From: Actinomycetes bacterium
GTDB taxonomy: Bacteria; Actinomycetota; Actinomycetes; Nanopelagicales; Nanopelagicaceae
Assembly (NCBI GenBank): GCA_031360585.1
Contig: JANMBV010000022.1
Coordinates: 31,694 to 95,693 of the forward strand
Length of the DNA: 64,000 nucleotides
Direction of reading: 5' to 3'
The position numbers and the translations under genes were made by a program. The notes under the pieces are model-generated. The model was not told the origin of the DNA, ran no database searches, and saw only the letters and a program-made list of their open reading frames with translations. Below are positions 47,528 through 56,885 of this stretch, piece after piece; the stretch's first letter is position 1; each line of letters opens with the position of its first letter.

Positions 47528-49419
47528 TCTTGCTCGCTGCGTCCCTTCCTAGTTCGGGGCCATTTGTGAACGCCCTGACAACGATAAGCAAGTTCGTCAC
47601 AATCACGGCAGGTATCGCGGTTGTTGGCGTTCTACTCGCCATTTCCTTTCTACTAGAGGACGTGCACGGCAAACTGTCGGCGCAGTCTTTACGACTTCGT
47701 AGCGGGGCGTTCTGGGCGGCCATACTCTGGGTTGTCGCAGGCGCGGCCAACATTGTCTTCACTTTGGCCAACATTTTGGGTTCACAGTTAAGTGTGGCAA
47801 CTGACTTCACAACCTTGAGATCCTTTGTAACGCAAGTGGCGCTAGGTCAGTACATGTTTTTCCAACTTCTCGTCGCGTTGCTGATCGCGGGTTTAGTACA
47901 GAATGTGAAGCGAAACGGTGCTTCGATCTTGTTGTTGATTGCTGCCTTAGTCGGGATCGTCGCACCTGTATTTGAAAGTCACTCAGCCTCGAGTGGCTCG
48001 CATGGACTGGCGATTGGTTCTTTGATCATTCATGTTGTGGCACTTTGTATCTGGGTAGGCGGGGTTTTCGGCCTGGCAATCCTTGATCCAGAAGCACGTG
48101 GACTCGCCGTCCGGCGCTTTAGCCAGTTGGCACTCTGGTCGGTCGTGGCCGTTGTCGTGAGCGGAGTGGCGAACGCCTGGACTCGTTTGAATTTCACCGC
48201 GGCCTGGCACACCAGTTATGCGTTCATCGTCATTACCAAGGTGATATTGACTATTCTTTTGATCTACATCGGTTACCAACATCGTAGGAATCTCTCGGTC
48301 AGAGAAAATATGAGCGTGAACTGGGTCAAGTTCTCCCAACTCGTAACTTTTGAGTTATCAATCATGATCATCGCCTTAGCTCTAGGTTCCTGGCTATCGA
48401 CCAATCAGCCTCCTGCTCCAGCTCTTGGAAGCAAATTTGATGCTGCCACGACAGTGGCGGGATTGCCGATGCCGGGTGCCCCCAACTTCACTCGAGTACT
48501 TCTCGCGTTCAATCCCGACGCTCTATTCCTTGGAATTTTGGCGCTCTCCCTTGCCCTGTATTTGCGCGGGGTGGCCGTATTGAAAAGGCAAGGCGATACG
48601 TGGCCGGTCAGTAGAACGGTCTTCTTTGTCACCGGGTGCGTGATCATCGAGTTTGCCACCAGCGGCGGGCTTGGAGTTTATGCATATTTTGCTTTTTCTT
48701 ATCACATGGTCGCGCACATGGCCTTGGGCATGGTTGCCCCGATTTTCATCATTCTCAGTGCGCCGATCACGCTGGCACTTCGCACACTTCCTCAGGGTAG
48801 GACTCCAAATGAGCGAGGGGTTCGCGGAATCCTCATTGCCGCATTGCACTCGCGCATTGTGAGCATTTGGGTAAACCCCATTGTGGCCCTTGCAATCTTT
48901 GACGGATCCCTCTTTGTCCTTTATTTGACCCCTCTCTTCGGCCGGATGATGCTCACTCCCACCGGACATTTCGTGATGGACTTGCATTTCATTTTGGCTG
49001 GCCTGCTCTTCTTTCACGTCATCATTGGCGTGGATCCCAATCCGAAGCGCGTCCCATATTTGGCCAGAATCGTCCTGCTCTTTGCAGCGATGGCGATACA
49101 CGCCTTCTTCTCTGTGGCACTGATTTCTTCAACGACTCTCTTGGATCACGGCTACTACGCACAACTCCATCGACTGTGGTCGCCTGATCTACTCTCCGAC
49201 CAACACCTCGGTGGCTCTCTTGGTTGGGCGATGGGGGAAGTGCCAATCATGCTCGCCCTCGTTGCGACCTTCCTTCTCTGGGTCCGCGATGATTCTCGGG
49301 AGGTCAGGAGAATTGATCGAAATGCCGAACGAGCAGCGGCGATGGGAACGCCCGATGAATTAGCCGAATACAACGCCTATCTGACGAAGCTGGCAGTCAG
49401 GGATGAACGTGACAACTGA
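47524..49419 (+). CDS. CopD / cytochrome c oxidase assembly factor CtaG-like fusion membrane protein
   Basis: About 630 aa and polytopic. The N-terminal CopD-like half and the C-terminal Caa3_CtaG-like half form an arrangement common in actinobacteria. The start was set at the ATG at 47524, which overlaps the copC stop (ATGA). Confidence 0.75.
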   Translation: MILLAASLPSSGPFVNALTTISKFVTITAGIAVVGVLLAISFLLEDVHGKLSAQSLRLRSGAFWAAILWVVAGAANIVFTLANILGSQLSVATDFTTLRSFVTQVALGQYMFFQLLVALLIAGLVQNVKRNGASILLLIAALVGIVAPVFESHSASSGSHGLAIGSLIIHVVALCIWVGGVFGLAILDPEARGLAVRRFSQLALWSVVAVVVSGVANAWTRLNFTAAWHTSYAFIVITKVILTILLIYIGYQHRRNLSVRENMSVNWVKFSQLVTFELSIMIIALALGSWLSTNQPPAPALGSKFDAATTVAGLPMPGAPNFTRVLLAFNPDALFLGILALSLALYLRGVAVLKRQGDTWPVSRTVFFVTGCVIIEFATSGGLGVYAYFAFSYHMVAHMALGMVAPIFIILSAPITLALRTLPQGRTPNERGVRGILIAALHSRIVSIWVNPIVALAIFDGSLFVLYLTPLFGRMMLTPTGHFVMDLHFILAGLLFFHVIIGVDPNPKRVPYLARIVLLFAAMAIHAFFSVALISSTTLLDHGYYAQLHRLWSPDLLSDQHLGGSLGWAMGEVPIMLALVATFLLWVRDDSREVRRIDRNAERAAAMGTPDELAEYNAYLTKLAVRDERDN

Positions 49420-50557
49420 ACCGCTCTTTGACCTTCCTACAGAACACAAGGATCTGCGTGAGAGTGTTCGAGCCCTTGCTCTAAAAGAGATTGCGCCCTT
49501 TGCCCACGATGTCGATGAGAACTCAAGATTTCCGCAGGAAGCCTACGAGGCTCTGCAAAGTGCTGGTCTTGCCGCGGCCCACGTGCCCACTGAATTCGGT
49601 GGCGAAGGCGCGGATGGGCTCGCGGTAGTTCTCATCGTTGAAGAGGTGGCACGAGTTTGTGGTTCGTCATCGCTCATTCCTGCCGTAAACAAACTTGGCG
49701 CCCTGCCGTTAATGCTCTCCGGTTCAAACGAGCAGAAAGAACGATGGCTCCGCCAAGCGGCGAATGGGAAAGGCTTCTCATACTGCCTTTCTGAATCAAA
49801 CGCGGGTTCTGATGCAGCCGCACTTCGTACAAAAGCTGTGAAATCTGGAGAGACATGGATTATCAACGGGAGCAAGAAGTGGATATCCAACGCGGGGTTC
49901 TCTGATTTCTACACCGTCATGGCCACCACTGATCCCGATAAACGAGATTATGGGATCACTGCCTTTATTGTGGAGAAAAGCGACCCGGGAGTCTCCTTTG
50001 GTGCCATCGAGAAGAAGATGGGATTTCGCGGTTCTCCGACGCGCGAGATGTATTTCGACAACGTGGAATTATCCGATGACCGAAGAATTAGCCCGGTCAA
50101 CGAAGGTTTCGGTGTTGCCATGGAAACCCTTGATCACACCCGCATTACTATTGCCGCGCAAGCTCTTGGTCTTGCCCAAGGCGCCTTTGATGTGGCAAGC
50201 AATTACTCCCACGAGCGCCATCAATTCAATAGGCCGATCTTTGATTTTCAGGGGATTCAATTCATGTTGGCGGACATGGCGATGAATATCGAGGCCGCCC
50301 GCCAGTTAACATACGCATCCGCGACCAAGAGCGATCGTGGCGATGCTGATCTCAAATTTTTCGCTGCGGCATGCAAGACTTTTGCAAGTGATACTGCAAT
50401 GAAGGTAACGACAGATGCTGTTCAGATTCTGGGCGGCTATGGTTATGTGTCAGATTACCCGGTCGAGCGGATGATGCGCGACGCCAAATTAACGCAGATT
50501 TATGAGGGGACAAATCAGATTCAGCGCATCATTATGGCTAGGAATTTGAAGCGTTAA
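49403..50557 (+). CDS. Acyl-CoA dehydrogenase
   Basis: 384 aa with ACAD signatures (CLSE...GSDA, QILGGYGY..DYPVER..RDAK...IYEGTNQIQR). Confidence 0.9.
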   Translation: MNVTTEPLFDLPTEHKDLRESVRALALKEIAPFAHDVDENSRFPQEAYEALQSAGLAAAHVPTEFGGEGADGLAVVLIVEEVARVCGSSSLIPAVNKLGALPLMLSGSNEQKERWLRQAANGKGFSYCLSESNAGSDAAALRTKAVKSGETWIINGSKKWISNAGFSDFYTVMATTDPDKRDYGITAFIVEKSDPGVSFGAIEKKMGFRGSPTREMYFDNVELSDDRRISPVNEGFGVAMETLDHTRITIAAQALGLAQGAFDVASNYSHERHQFNRPIFDFQGIQFMLADMAMNIEAARQLTYASATKSDRGDADLKFFAAACKTFASDTAMKVTTDAVQILGGYGYVSDYPVERMMRDAKLTQIYEGTNQIQRIIMARNLKR

Positions 50558-50567
50558 TTACCTCTAA

Positions 50568-51116
50568 CTACTTGGCAAACCTCACAATGAGATCTGGGGT
50601 GGCCGCGGCAGCAAGGCGTATGTCGTGGTCTTCGCGTGGTAGGAGATTGCCCGTGATTTCACCTTGGTACACGATTCCGACTTTCCATCCAGGCATAGTG
50701 GGCAAAGTGCGGTCGTAATATCCGCCGCCTTGTCCTAGTCGATACCCATCTTGATCGATGTGAAGTGCGGGGACAATCACGACGCCGACATCAGAAATGT
50801 CAGTACGCTCTTTCCCGATTGGCTCGAGTAATTTTCGAGTCTCCTTTAGATTTTTGGGATCGCCGTTCCACTCGACCCACTGAAGTGCCTTGCCGGCAAC
50901 TCGGGGAAGAAGAACGTTTACACCTTGCGATATGAGTTCTTGATTGATTTCGTGGGTGCTGGGCTCGTCTCCCACGGATATGTAGCTTGTCACACATGTG
51001 GCCCCGCTCAATTCGGGGGCGCTGAGCAAATATACGAACGTGGAGGGCAAATAGCGATCACGGCGCTCTCGACGGAATCGATCGCGCAGTGCCCGCTTCT
51101 GTTCTGCTGTATTCAC
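50568..51116 (-). CDS. 5-formyltetrahydrofolate cyclo-ligase
   Basis: 182 aa with LLPR, P......D.....V.VPAL..D..G.RLG.GGGYYDR. Confidence 0.8.
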   Translation of the reverse strand: MNTAEQKRALRDRFRRERRDRYLPSTFVYLLSAPELSGATCVTSYISVGDEPSTHEINQELISQGVNVLLPRVAGKALQWVEWNGDPKNLKETRKLLEPIGKERTDISDVGVVIVPALHIDQDGYRLGQGGGYYDRTLPTMPGWKVGIVYQGEITGNLLPREDHDIRLAAAATPDLIVRFAK

Positions 51117-51159
51117 CTAAATCCCCTAGAAATTATCGAAGTACAAGTATGGTGGGAGT

Positions 51160-52071
51160 ATGTCAGAGCAAATCCGGGTCGATGAATTCCTGACCTCTCT
51201 ACTTTCCATTTGTCGACCACTTGAGCCCTTTGCGATGCCGCTGCTGGACGCCCACGGCGCAACTCTGGCCGATGACGTTTACGCCGGCGAACGGCTCGTA
51301 ATGAAGGCCGGTTCTAGAATTCGATCGACGCAGATTGGACTTGCCGCATCCATTGGTCTCAAAGCTCTACCTACCCGACCCCAACCGCGCGTGGTTGTCA
51401 TTTCAGCCGGACCCGCACTTGTCGAACCCGGTGAGCACCTCTCCCTTGGTCAGGAGTACGAGACCAATTCCTGGTTACTCACTACCTCGGTTCGAGAAGC
51501 CGGTGCTGTCGGGTATCGGGTCTTCTCTATCCCTGACAATGAGAGCGAACTTAAATCTGCCATCGAGGACAATCTAGTTCGCGCAGACCTTGTCGTTGTG
51601 AGCGGGGAGCGCCACGATGATTCCTTCGACCTGATAACCCGGGCATTGGGTTCTCTGGGCGACATAACCACGGTTGATTTAGCGATAGAGGCTAGTGGCC
51701 GACACAATTATGGGTTTATCGGCCCAGATCGAACCCCCGTGGTGACCCTTCCCGGTGATCCTATTTCGGCTTACATATCCCTGGAGCTTTTCGTCCGCCC
51801 CATGATTCGAACGATGCTGGGCTCATCAAATATTCATCGCCCGTCTGTGAAGGCACGACTTGAGAGGCCAATAGCCTCGGCAAGCGGGGCCCGAACCTAT
51901 CTGCGGGCCTATTTATCCGAAGATGGTCGCTCCGTACGCGCTCTTTCCGACCAAGAGGACATGACAACGCTCTCTGATGCCAACGCACTCATCACTATCC
52001 CCGAATCAGATGTTGGCCTAGAAGCAGGTGCAGAGGTTACGGTTGTCGTCCTTCGACGCCGATATTTTTAG
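51160..52071 (+). CDS. Reduced MoeA/gephyrin-like protein (Glp-like), probably non-catalytic
   Basis: Aligns by eye to MoeA at the N-terminus (PLLDAHGATLADDV), the MPT-binding domain and the C-terminal beta domain. It is only 303 aa: it lacks roughly 100 aa including the FDNSAMDGYA region, and has VSGERHDDSFD in place of SSGGVSVGE.D. Confidence 0.65.
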   Translation: MSEQIRVDEFLTSLLSICRPLEPFAMPLLDAHGATLADDVYAGERLVMKAGSRIRSTQIGLAASIGLKALPTRPQPRVVVISAGPALVEPGEHLSLGQEYETNSWLLTTSVREAGAVGYRVFSIPDNESELKSAIEDNLVRADLVVVSGERHDDSFDLITRALGSLGDITTVDLAIEASGRHNYGFIGPDRTPVVTLPGDPISAYISLELFVRPMIRTMLGSSNIHRPSVKARLERPIASASGARTYLRAYLSEDGRSVRALSDQEDMTTLSDANALITIPESDVGLEAGAEVTVVVLRRRYF

Positions 52072-52079
52072 GTAGGACA

Positions 52080-52655
52080 ATGACATACGGAAAATGGCCC
52101 GTTGTTCTCACATCAGATGAGGTTACTTTGCGTCCGCTACGTTTACGTGATCGCAGAAAATGGGACGAGGTTCGCGCGATAAATCGTGATTGGTTGGCGC
52201 CGTGGGAGGCGACCAAGCCAATAGTTCCAGGCGATAGAGGCAATCCAGAATTGCCTTCGTTTATTCAAATGGTTTCATCTCATAACCGTGAAGGTCGGGC
52301 TCAGCGATCTTTGAGTCTGGCCATCTGGTATCAGAGCTCGCTGGTCGGGCAGATCACCATGGGCGGAATTGTGTTAGGGGCACTTCGCGGAGCCCACATC
52401 GGATACTGGGTTGATAAGAGATTCGCCAATGTGGGAATCACCACTCGGGCCGTGGTGATGGTGACGGAATACGGATTTCGCGAACTGGGTCTTCACAGAA
52501 TCGAGATCAGTTTTCGCCCTGGGAACGGCGCTTCCCGTCGTGTTGCTGAGAAAGCCGGCTACCACTTTGAGGGAGAGCGACCCCGATTCCTCCATATCGA
52601 TGGGCAATGGCGGGATCATCTCTGTTTCGTCCGAGAAAATCCGAACATCATTTAG
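52080..52655 (+). CDS. GNAT-family N-acetyltransferase (RimJ/RimL-like)
   Basis: 191 aa with LRPLR..D, LHRIE....P.N..S.RV.EK.G...EG and the Acetyltransf_3 pattern. Same position as rimJ in actinobacterial moeA neighbourhoods. Confidence 0.8.
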   Translation: MTYGKWPVVLTSDEVTLRPLRLRDRRKWDEVRAINRDWLAPWEATKPIVPGDRGNPELPSFIQMVSSHNREGRAQRSLSLAIWYQSSLVGQITMGGIVLGALRGAHIGYWVDKRFANVGITTRAVVMVTEYGFRELGLHRIEISFRPGNGASRRVAEKAGYHFEGERPRFLHIDGQWRDHLCFVRENPNII

Positions 52656-52673
52656 CCTGATCGATTAAGAAAA

Positions 52674-53513
52674 ATGGGGCAAATTGCCCGCGTAAATACC
52701 CGAAAGTTGATAGTCCTGCCTCTATCTTTAGGCATCATGGCGTCAGGAATTATTTATCTCTCCATTGTCGGGATGTGGGTTGCCTATTTTGTTCCCCGAT
52801 GGGTTCATAGCCATGACGAATTTTCTGGAAAGTCTGTCGAGCGCTACAAGAGCGCAATGAGAATTGTTACGAGTACGACGGGTGAGGATTCTATGAGTTC
52901 GGGACCAGTACACACAGACGTTGTTCGCGAGTCGAAAATTGCACAAGTATTGATGAGACGGAGAATTGTTTTCGCACTTCTCATTCTTGGGTTCCTGGCA
53001 AGTATTCTCGAGGCCGCATTTAATTCAGTTTCACTTATTTACTCGTCTCTTCCCGTTGTTGGAATGGCAGGCTATGTCGTACACGTTCGCCGACAGAGCG
53101 TTGCCGATCGTCTGCAACGGCGTCGTGTTTCGCAGTTGCATAGATCAACCGCAGGTGTATCCCAGACAAACCTCTCTCAAGTTTTCACACCAAAGGAATC
53201 GCGAGAACACTGGGTTCCCCTTGCAGATCGCGGAATTAGCGGCGTGGTCATTTTGCCCAAAGGAACTGCAGAACTACGCAATTCCTGGCAGCCAAATAAC
53301 GTTCCGCTACCAACCTATGTGGGAGCGCCAAAGGCTGTGGTTCCAAACCGCGTGATTGATCTGACGATCCCGGGTGCTTGGTCGCAAGAGCAGGAACGCC
53401 TAGCAAATGACGCCCTTTCTGCCGTTGCCCCAACGCGCGATCAGGTCTTCGACCAACAACTTGCAGAAGAGGCAGTTGAGCGCCTTCGCCAAAACCGCGC
53501 GGCCAACGAGTAA
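52674..53513 (+). CDS. Membrane protein resembling divisome protein SepX/GlpR
   Basis: 279 aa. The N-terminal TM helix context (IIYLSIVGMWVAYFVPRWV) and a second TM resemble the SepX/GlpR family as I recall it. Gene order moeA-like, GNAT, then this gene matches the actinobacterial glp-rimJ-glpR arrangement. Confidence 0.5.
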   Translation: MGQIARVNTRKLIVLPLSLGIMASGIIYLSIVGMWVAYFVPRWVHSHDEFSGKSVERYKSAMRIVTSTTGEDSMSSGPVHTDVVRESKIAQVLMRRRIVFALLILGFLASILEAAFNSVSLIYSSLPVVGMAGYVVHVRRQSVADRLQRRRVSQLHRSTAGVSQTNLSQVFTPKESREHWVPLADRGISGVVILPKGTAELRNSWQPNNVPLPTYVGAPKAVVPNRVIDLTIPGAWSQEQERLANDALSAVAPTRDQVFDQQLAEEAVERLRQNRAANE

Positions 53514-53570
53514 TTCCAAGATCCAACTCGGGGTGCTAACCTGCCTCTACCTTTCTGGAAGGTCCGGTCA

Positions 53571-53646
53571 GGGGCTGTAGCGCAGTTGGTAGCGCGTCTC
53601 GTTCGCAATGAGAAGGTCAGGGGTTCGATTCCCCTCAGCTCCACCA
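53571..53646 (+). tRNA. tRNA-Ala (anticodon CGC), CCA encoded
   Basis: Cloverleaf: acceptor stem GGGGCTG/CAGCTCC with the G3:U70 Ala identity pair, anticodon loop TTCGCAA (CGC at 53604-53606), T arm AGGGG-TTCGATT-CCCCT, and ACCA at the 3' end. Confidence 0.95.
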
Positions 53647-53652
53647 ATGTGA

Positions 53653-53697
53653 TGTGTCGAGTCATAGGTGACACATGTGGCCAGTCATAGGTAACAC
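53653..53697. repeat. Two tandem 22-23-nt IR-like repeats (putative terminal repeats of a decayed IS)
   Basis: TGTGTCGAGTCATAGGTGACAC(A) at 53653-53675 and TGTGGCCAGTCATAGGTAACAC at 53676-53697 are 19/22 identical. They lie between the tRNA-Ala 3' end and the stop codon of the transposase relic. Confidence 0.5.
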
Positions 53698-53699
53698 TT

Positions 53700-53950
53700 T
53701 TATTTTGCTTTTCTTGATTTTTTTGTTTCTTCATCGATCAATATGTTGGTCCAGAAACTTCGCCCAGGTTGGATCTCATGTCGAGAGAGAACTTCTCCCG
53801 TTTTTTTCTCAATTACGCAAACCTTCAAGTGATAAACGATCACGATGACTCTTTTGTGCCGATGCATGATTCCAGCTCTTCGAAGTGAGAGTTTTCCGAA
53901 CTTGTCCACGTTGTCATAACCAGGATTTTGTCTCGTACTCCTGAACAAAG
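53700..53950 (-). pseudogene. IS481-family transposase, C-terminal relic
   Basis: The translation ...YDNVDKFGKLSLRRAGIMHRHKRVIVIVYHLKVCVIEKKTGEVLSRHEIQPGRSFW resembles the extreme C-terminus of actinobacterial IS481-type transposases (pattern DRVDK.G.V.LR..GRLHH...G.......V.......V......TGE.L....I.P...Y) as I recall it. No DDE core is present, and the upstream part is replaced by the dcp promoter/gene. Confidence 0.45.
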
Positions 53951-54112
53951 GAGAGCTGCTCACTGCCTTCATCGCGTAGTTGCTGACCGGGTTCCTTAGC
54001 GGCGGCGGCCGGAACATCAATAGTGGCAATTGCCTCATTTGTTGCGACTCCTTTGGCCACGATGTCGCCAGCTAGAGCACTGCAGAAAATTTTTAGACTT
54101 AGACTTCACCCT

Positions 54113-56161
54113 ATGACAATCATCAGTGAGAATCCCTTTGCCCTACGGAGCACCCTCGAATATGAATTGCCGCCTTTTGGCCAGATTCTGGAGGAGCATT
54201 ACCTAGAGGCCTTCTACGCTGGCACCGAAGCTCAATTGGCCGAAGTCGCGAATGTCATCAACCTGTCGGATGCGGCCACCTTCGAAAACACCGTCGTCGC
54301 GCTAGAACGTAGCGGGCAAATGTTGAATCGGATGCTCCTTGTCTTCTATAACAAGTCTTCAAGTGACACCAACGATGCGATTGATGCAATTGAGGAGGAG
54401 ATCGCACCAAAACTTGCAGCACACCAAGATGCCATCCGGCTCAACTCGGCTCTGTTTGCACGTATCAAGGGACTCTTCGATCTCCGCAACTCCTTAGGTC
54501 TAGAAAGCGAAGATCTCTGGCTTTTGGAACGTTACTACCGCGACTTTATCCATGCTGGTGCCCACTTAAATGAGACAGAGCGCGAAAAACTCAAAGTGCT
54601 AAATGAACAACTTTCGACATTGGAAACTCAATTTTCGAAGAATGTACTTGCTGACACCAATGACCTTGCAGTTGTTGTCGATGATCTCGCGCAATTGGAA
54701 GGACTGAGCGAAAGCGAGATTGCCGCTGCCGCAAGTGCCGCTGCAGATCGAGGGCTTATTGGCAAATGGATGATCGGTATCGTCAATTTTTCCGGCAACC
54801 CAGTGCTTGCCTCGCTCCAAAATCGCCAATTGCGTCAGCGCATCATGGAAGCCTCGTTGATCAAGGGAAACCGCGATAACCAGAACGACAACAAATCGGT
54901 ACTTCTCCAATTGGCAAAACTTCGCGCCGAGCGTGCCAAGTTATTTGGTGCGGCCTCACACGCCGAATATGTCATCCAAGAACAGACTGCTGCGCATCCC
55001 GACAATGTGCACAGCATGCTCCGCCAAGTTGCTCCTGCTGCAGTGCGGAATGCCCGAGCAGAAGGCGCGGACTTGCAAACTGCTATTGCAGCAGATGGCC
55101 AGGACTTCACTCTCCAAAGCTGGGACTGGGACCTCTACACAGAACAAGTACGGCTAGCCAAGTACAACGTTGATACCACCGCCATGCGTCCCTACTTTGA
55201 ACTCGAGCGAGTTCTGCGAGATGGAGTTTTCTTTGCCGCGACCCAACTCTTTGGGATTACCTTTAAAGAACGTCCGGATCTTCTCACTTACCACCCAGAG
55301 GCGCGGGCGTTTGAAGTCAACAACTCTGACGGTTCCCCCATCGGCCTATTTATCGGCGACTATTTCACACGCGACTCAAAACGCGGCGGTGCTTGGATGA
55401 ACAACCTAGTCGACCAGAGCTTCTTGCTTGGGCAACTGCCAGTAGTCGTCAACAACTTGAATATCCCCAAGCCGCCCACCGGTGAACCCGCACTTCTCAC
55501 CTTTGCCGAGACCACGACCTTATTCCATGAGTTTGGACATGCACTGCACGGCCTATTTTCACAAGTAAAATACCAGCGCGTATCGGGAACGAGCGTGCAA
55601 CGCGACTTTGTTGAATTTCCCTCGCAGGTAAATGAAATGTGGATGCTCTGGCCAGAGGTGGTCGAAAATTACGCACGACACCACCTCACCGGAGAGAAGC
55701 TCCCAGAGGAGTGGATAGCGAATGTTCATGCCGCTTCGACATTCAACGAAGGTCATGCAACGACTAGTTACCTGGCAGCCGCCATTCTTGACCTGGCGTG
55801 GCATTCACTAACTGCAGAAGAAAGCGTGAGTGATGTGCTGGCTTTCGAGAAGGATGCGATTGCCGACTACGGTCTCGACTTTGCACCAGTACCCACACGC
55901 TACCGATCCACCTACTTCTCGCATATTTTTGCTGGAGGTTACTCAGCCGGTTACTACGGATATATCTGGAGTGAAGTTCTGGACGCTGACACCGTCGACT
56001 GGTTCAAGGAGAACGGCGGGTTGCTTCGGGCCAACGGAGATCACTTCAGACGCGAGTTATTAAGCCGTGGTGGCTCAATCGATTCCATGCAGATGTATCG
56101 CAATTTCAGAGGACGCGATGCAGCCATCGAACCATTATTGAAAAGGCGTGGGCTTCTTTAG
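54113..56161 (+). CDS. dcp: Peptidyl-dipeptidase Dcp (M3 family zinc metallopeptidase)
   Basis: Has the HEFGHALH zinc motif. Length of 682 aa from the ATG at 54113 matches Dcp, and there is C-terminal M3 similarity (YSAGYY.Y.WSEVLDAD). Confidence 0.9.
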   Translation: MTIISENPFALRSTLEYELPPFGQILEEHYLEAFYAGTEAQLAEVANVINLSDAATFENTVVALERSGQMLNRMLLVFYNKSSSDTNDAIDAIEEEIAPKLAAHQDAIRLNSALFARIKGLFDLRNSLGLESEDLWLLERYYRDFIHAGAHLNETEREKLKVLNEQLSTLETQFSKNVLADTNDLAVVVDDLAQLEGLSESEIAAAASAAADRGLIGKWMIGIVNFSGNPVLASLQNRQLRQRIMEASLIKGNRDNQNDNKSVLLQLAKLRAERAKLFGAASHAEYVIQEQTAAHPDNVHSMLRQVAPAAVRNARAEGADLQTAIAADGQDFTLQSWDWDLYTEQVRLAKYNVDTTAMRPYFELERVLRDGVFFAATQLFGITFKERPDLLTYHPEARAFEVNNSDGSPIGLFIGDYFTRDSKRGGAWMNNLVDQSFLLGQLPVVVNNLNIPKPPTGEPALLTFAETTTLFHEFGHALHGLFSQVKYQRVSGTSVQRDFVEFPSQVNEMWMLWPEVVENYARHHLTGEKLPEEWIANVHAASTFNEGHATTSYLAAAILDLAWHSLTAEESVSDVLAFEKDAIADYGLDFAPVPTRYRSTYFSHIFAGGYSAGYYGYIWSEVLDADTVDWFKENGGLLRANGDHFRRELLSRGGSIDSMQMYRNFRGRDAAIEPLLKRRGLL

Positions 56162-56303
56162 ACTTCGTCATCGACCAGCTCTCGCGACATACGACGTCAT
56201 GGTTCTGGCCGGTTGAAATCAAGGCCGAACACTTCCGTAGACTATGTCGGGGAACAGGGCACTTGAGGCTCCACTATTAAAGGATTCGGAACTGAGGTGG
56301 AAT

Positions 56304-56885
56304 ATGAATCGCAAGGTTGATGTGTCTCTCAATAAGGAAAAGAAGTGGCGGGAAGAATTTGAGAATTTGAGAGCAATAATCCTCGAATGTAAACTGACTG
56401 AGGAGTTAAAGTGGGGTCAGCCCTGTTACACCTATGAGGGCAAGAACGTTCTTCTGATTCATGGATTTAAGGATTACTGTGCAGTCCTATTTATGAAAGG
56501 TGCCCTGTTAGAGGATGCCATGGGAATTCTCATCCAGCAAACGGCCAATGTGCAATCCGCGCGTCAGATTAGGTTCACCAATGTCCGAGATATAGTAAAA
56601 ATGAAAACCGTCTTGAAATCCTATTTTTACGAAGCGATTGACATGGAAAAAGCCGGCATGAAAGTGGAGCATAAGAAGACTACGGAGTATGAAATACCGG
56701 AAGAATTTCAAATCAAATTGGATAAATCCGCTTCATTGAGAAAGGCTTTTCTCGCTCTGACGCCAGGTCGGCAGAGGGCCTACTTGCTTTATTTTTCGGG
56801 AGCCAAACAATCTAAAACTCGAATGGCAAGGGTTGAAAAAAGCGTGAAGGCAATTCTCGAGGGCAAGGGCTTGAATGATGAATAA
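56304..56885 (+). CDS. YdeI/OmpD-associated family protein (DUF1801-like N-terminus)
   Basis: About 193 aa with W.EE...LR.I.....L.EE.KWG.P.Y and a C-terminal P..QR.Y..Y...AK...TR..R.EK....I..GKG pattern. The start is set at the ATG at 56304 with GAGGTGG upstream. Confidence 0.65.
   Translation: MNRKVDVSLNKEKKWREEFENLRAIILECKLTEELKWGQPCYTYEGKNVLLIHGFKDYCAVLFMKGALLEDAMGILIQQTANVQSARQIRFTNVRDIVKMKTVLKSYFYEAIDMEKAGMKVEHKKTTEYEIPEEFQIKLDKSASLRKAFLALTPGRQRAYLLYFSGAKQSKTRMARVEKSVKAILEGKGLNDE

Noticed and set aside
48523-49101. 192-aa minus-strand ORF inside copD/ctaG
   Set aside because: Antisense to a long polytopic membrane protein gene. Its charged, His/Asp/Lys-rich translation is typical of the reverse frame of hydrophobic codons.
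53441-53734. 97-aa minus-strand ORF across tRNA-Ala (contains ...VELRGIEPLTFSLRTRRATNCATAP...)
   Set aside because: This is the classic spurious translation of the antisense strand of a tRNA gene. The locus is explained by tRNA-Ala plus the IS relic.
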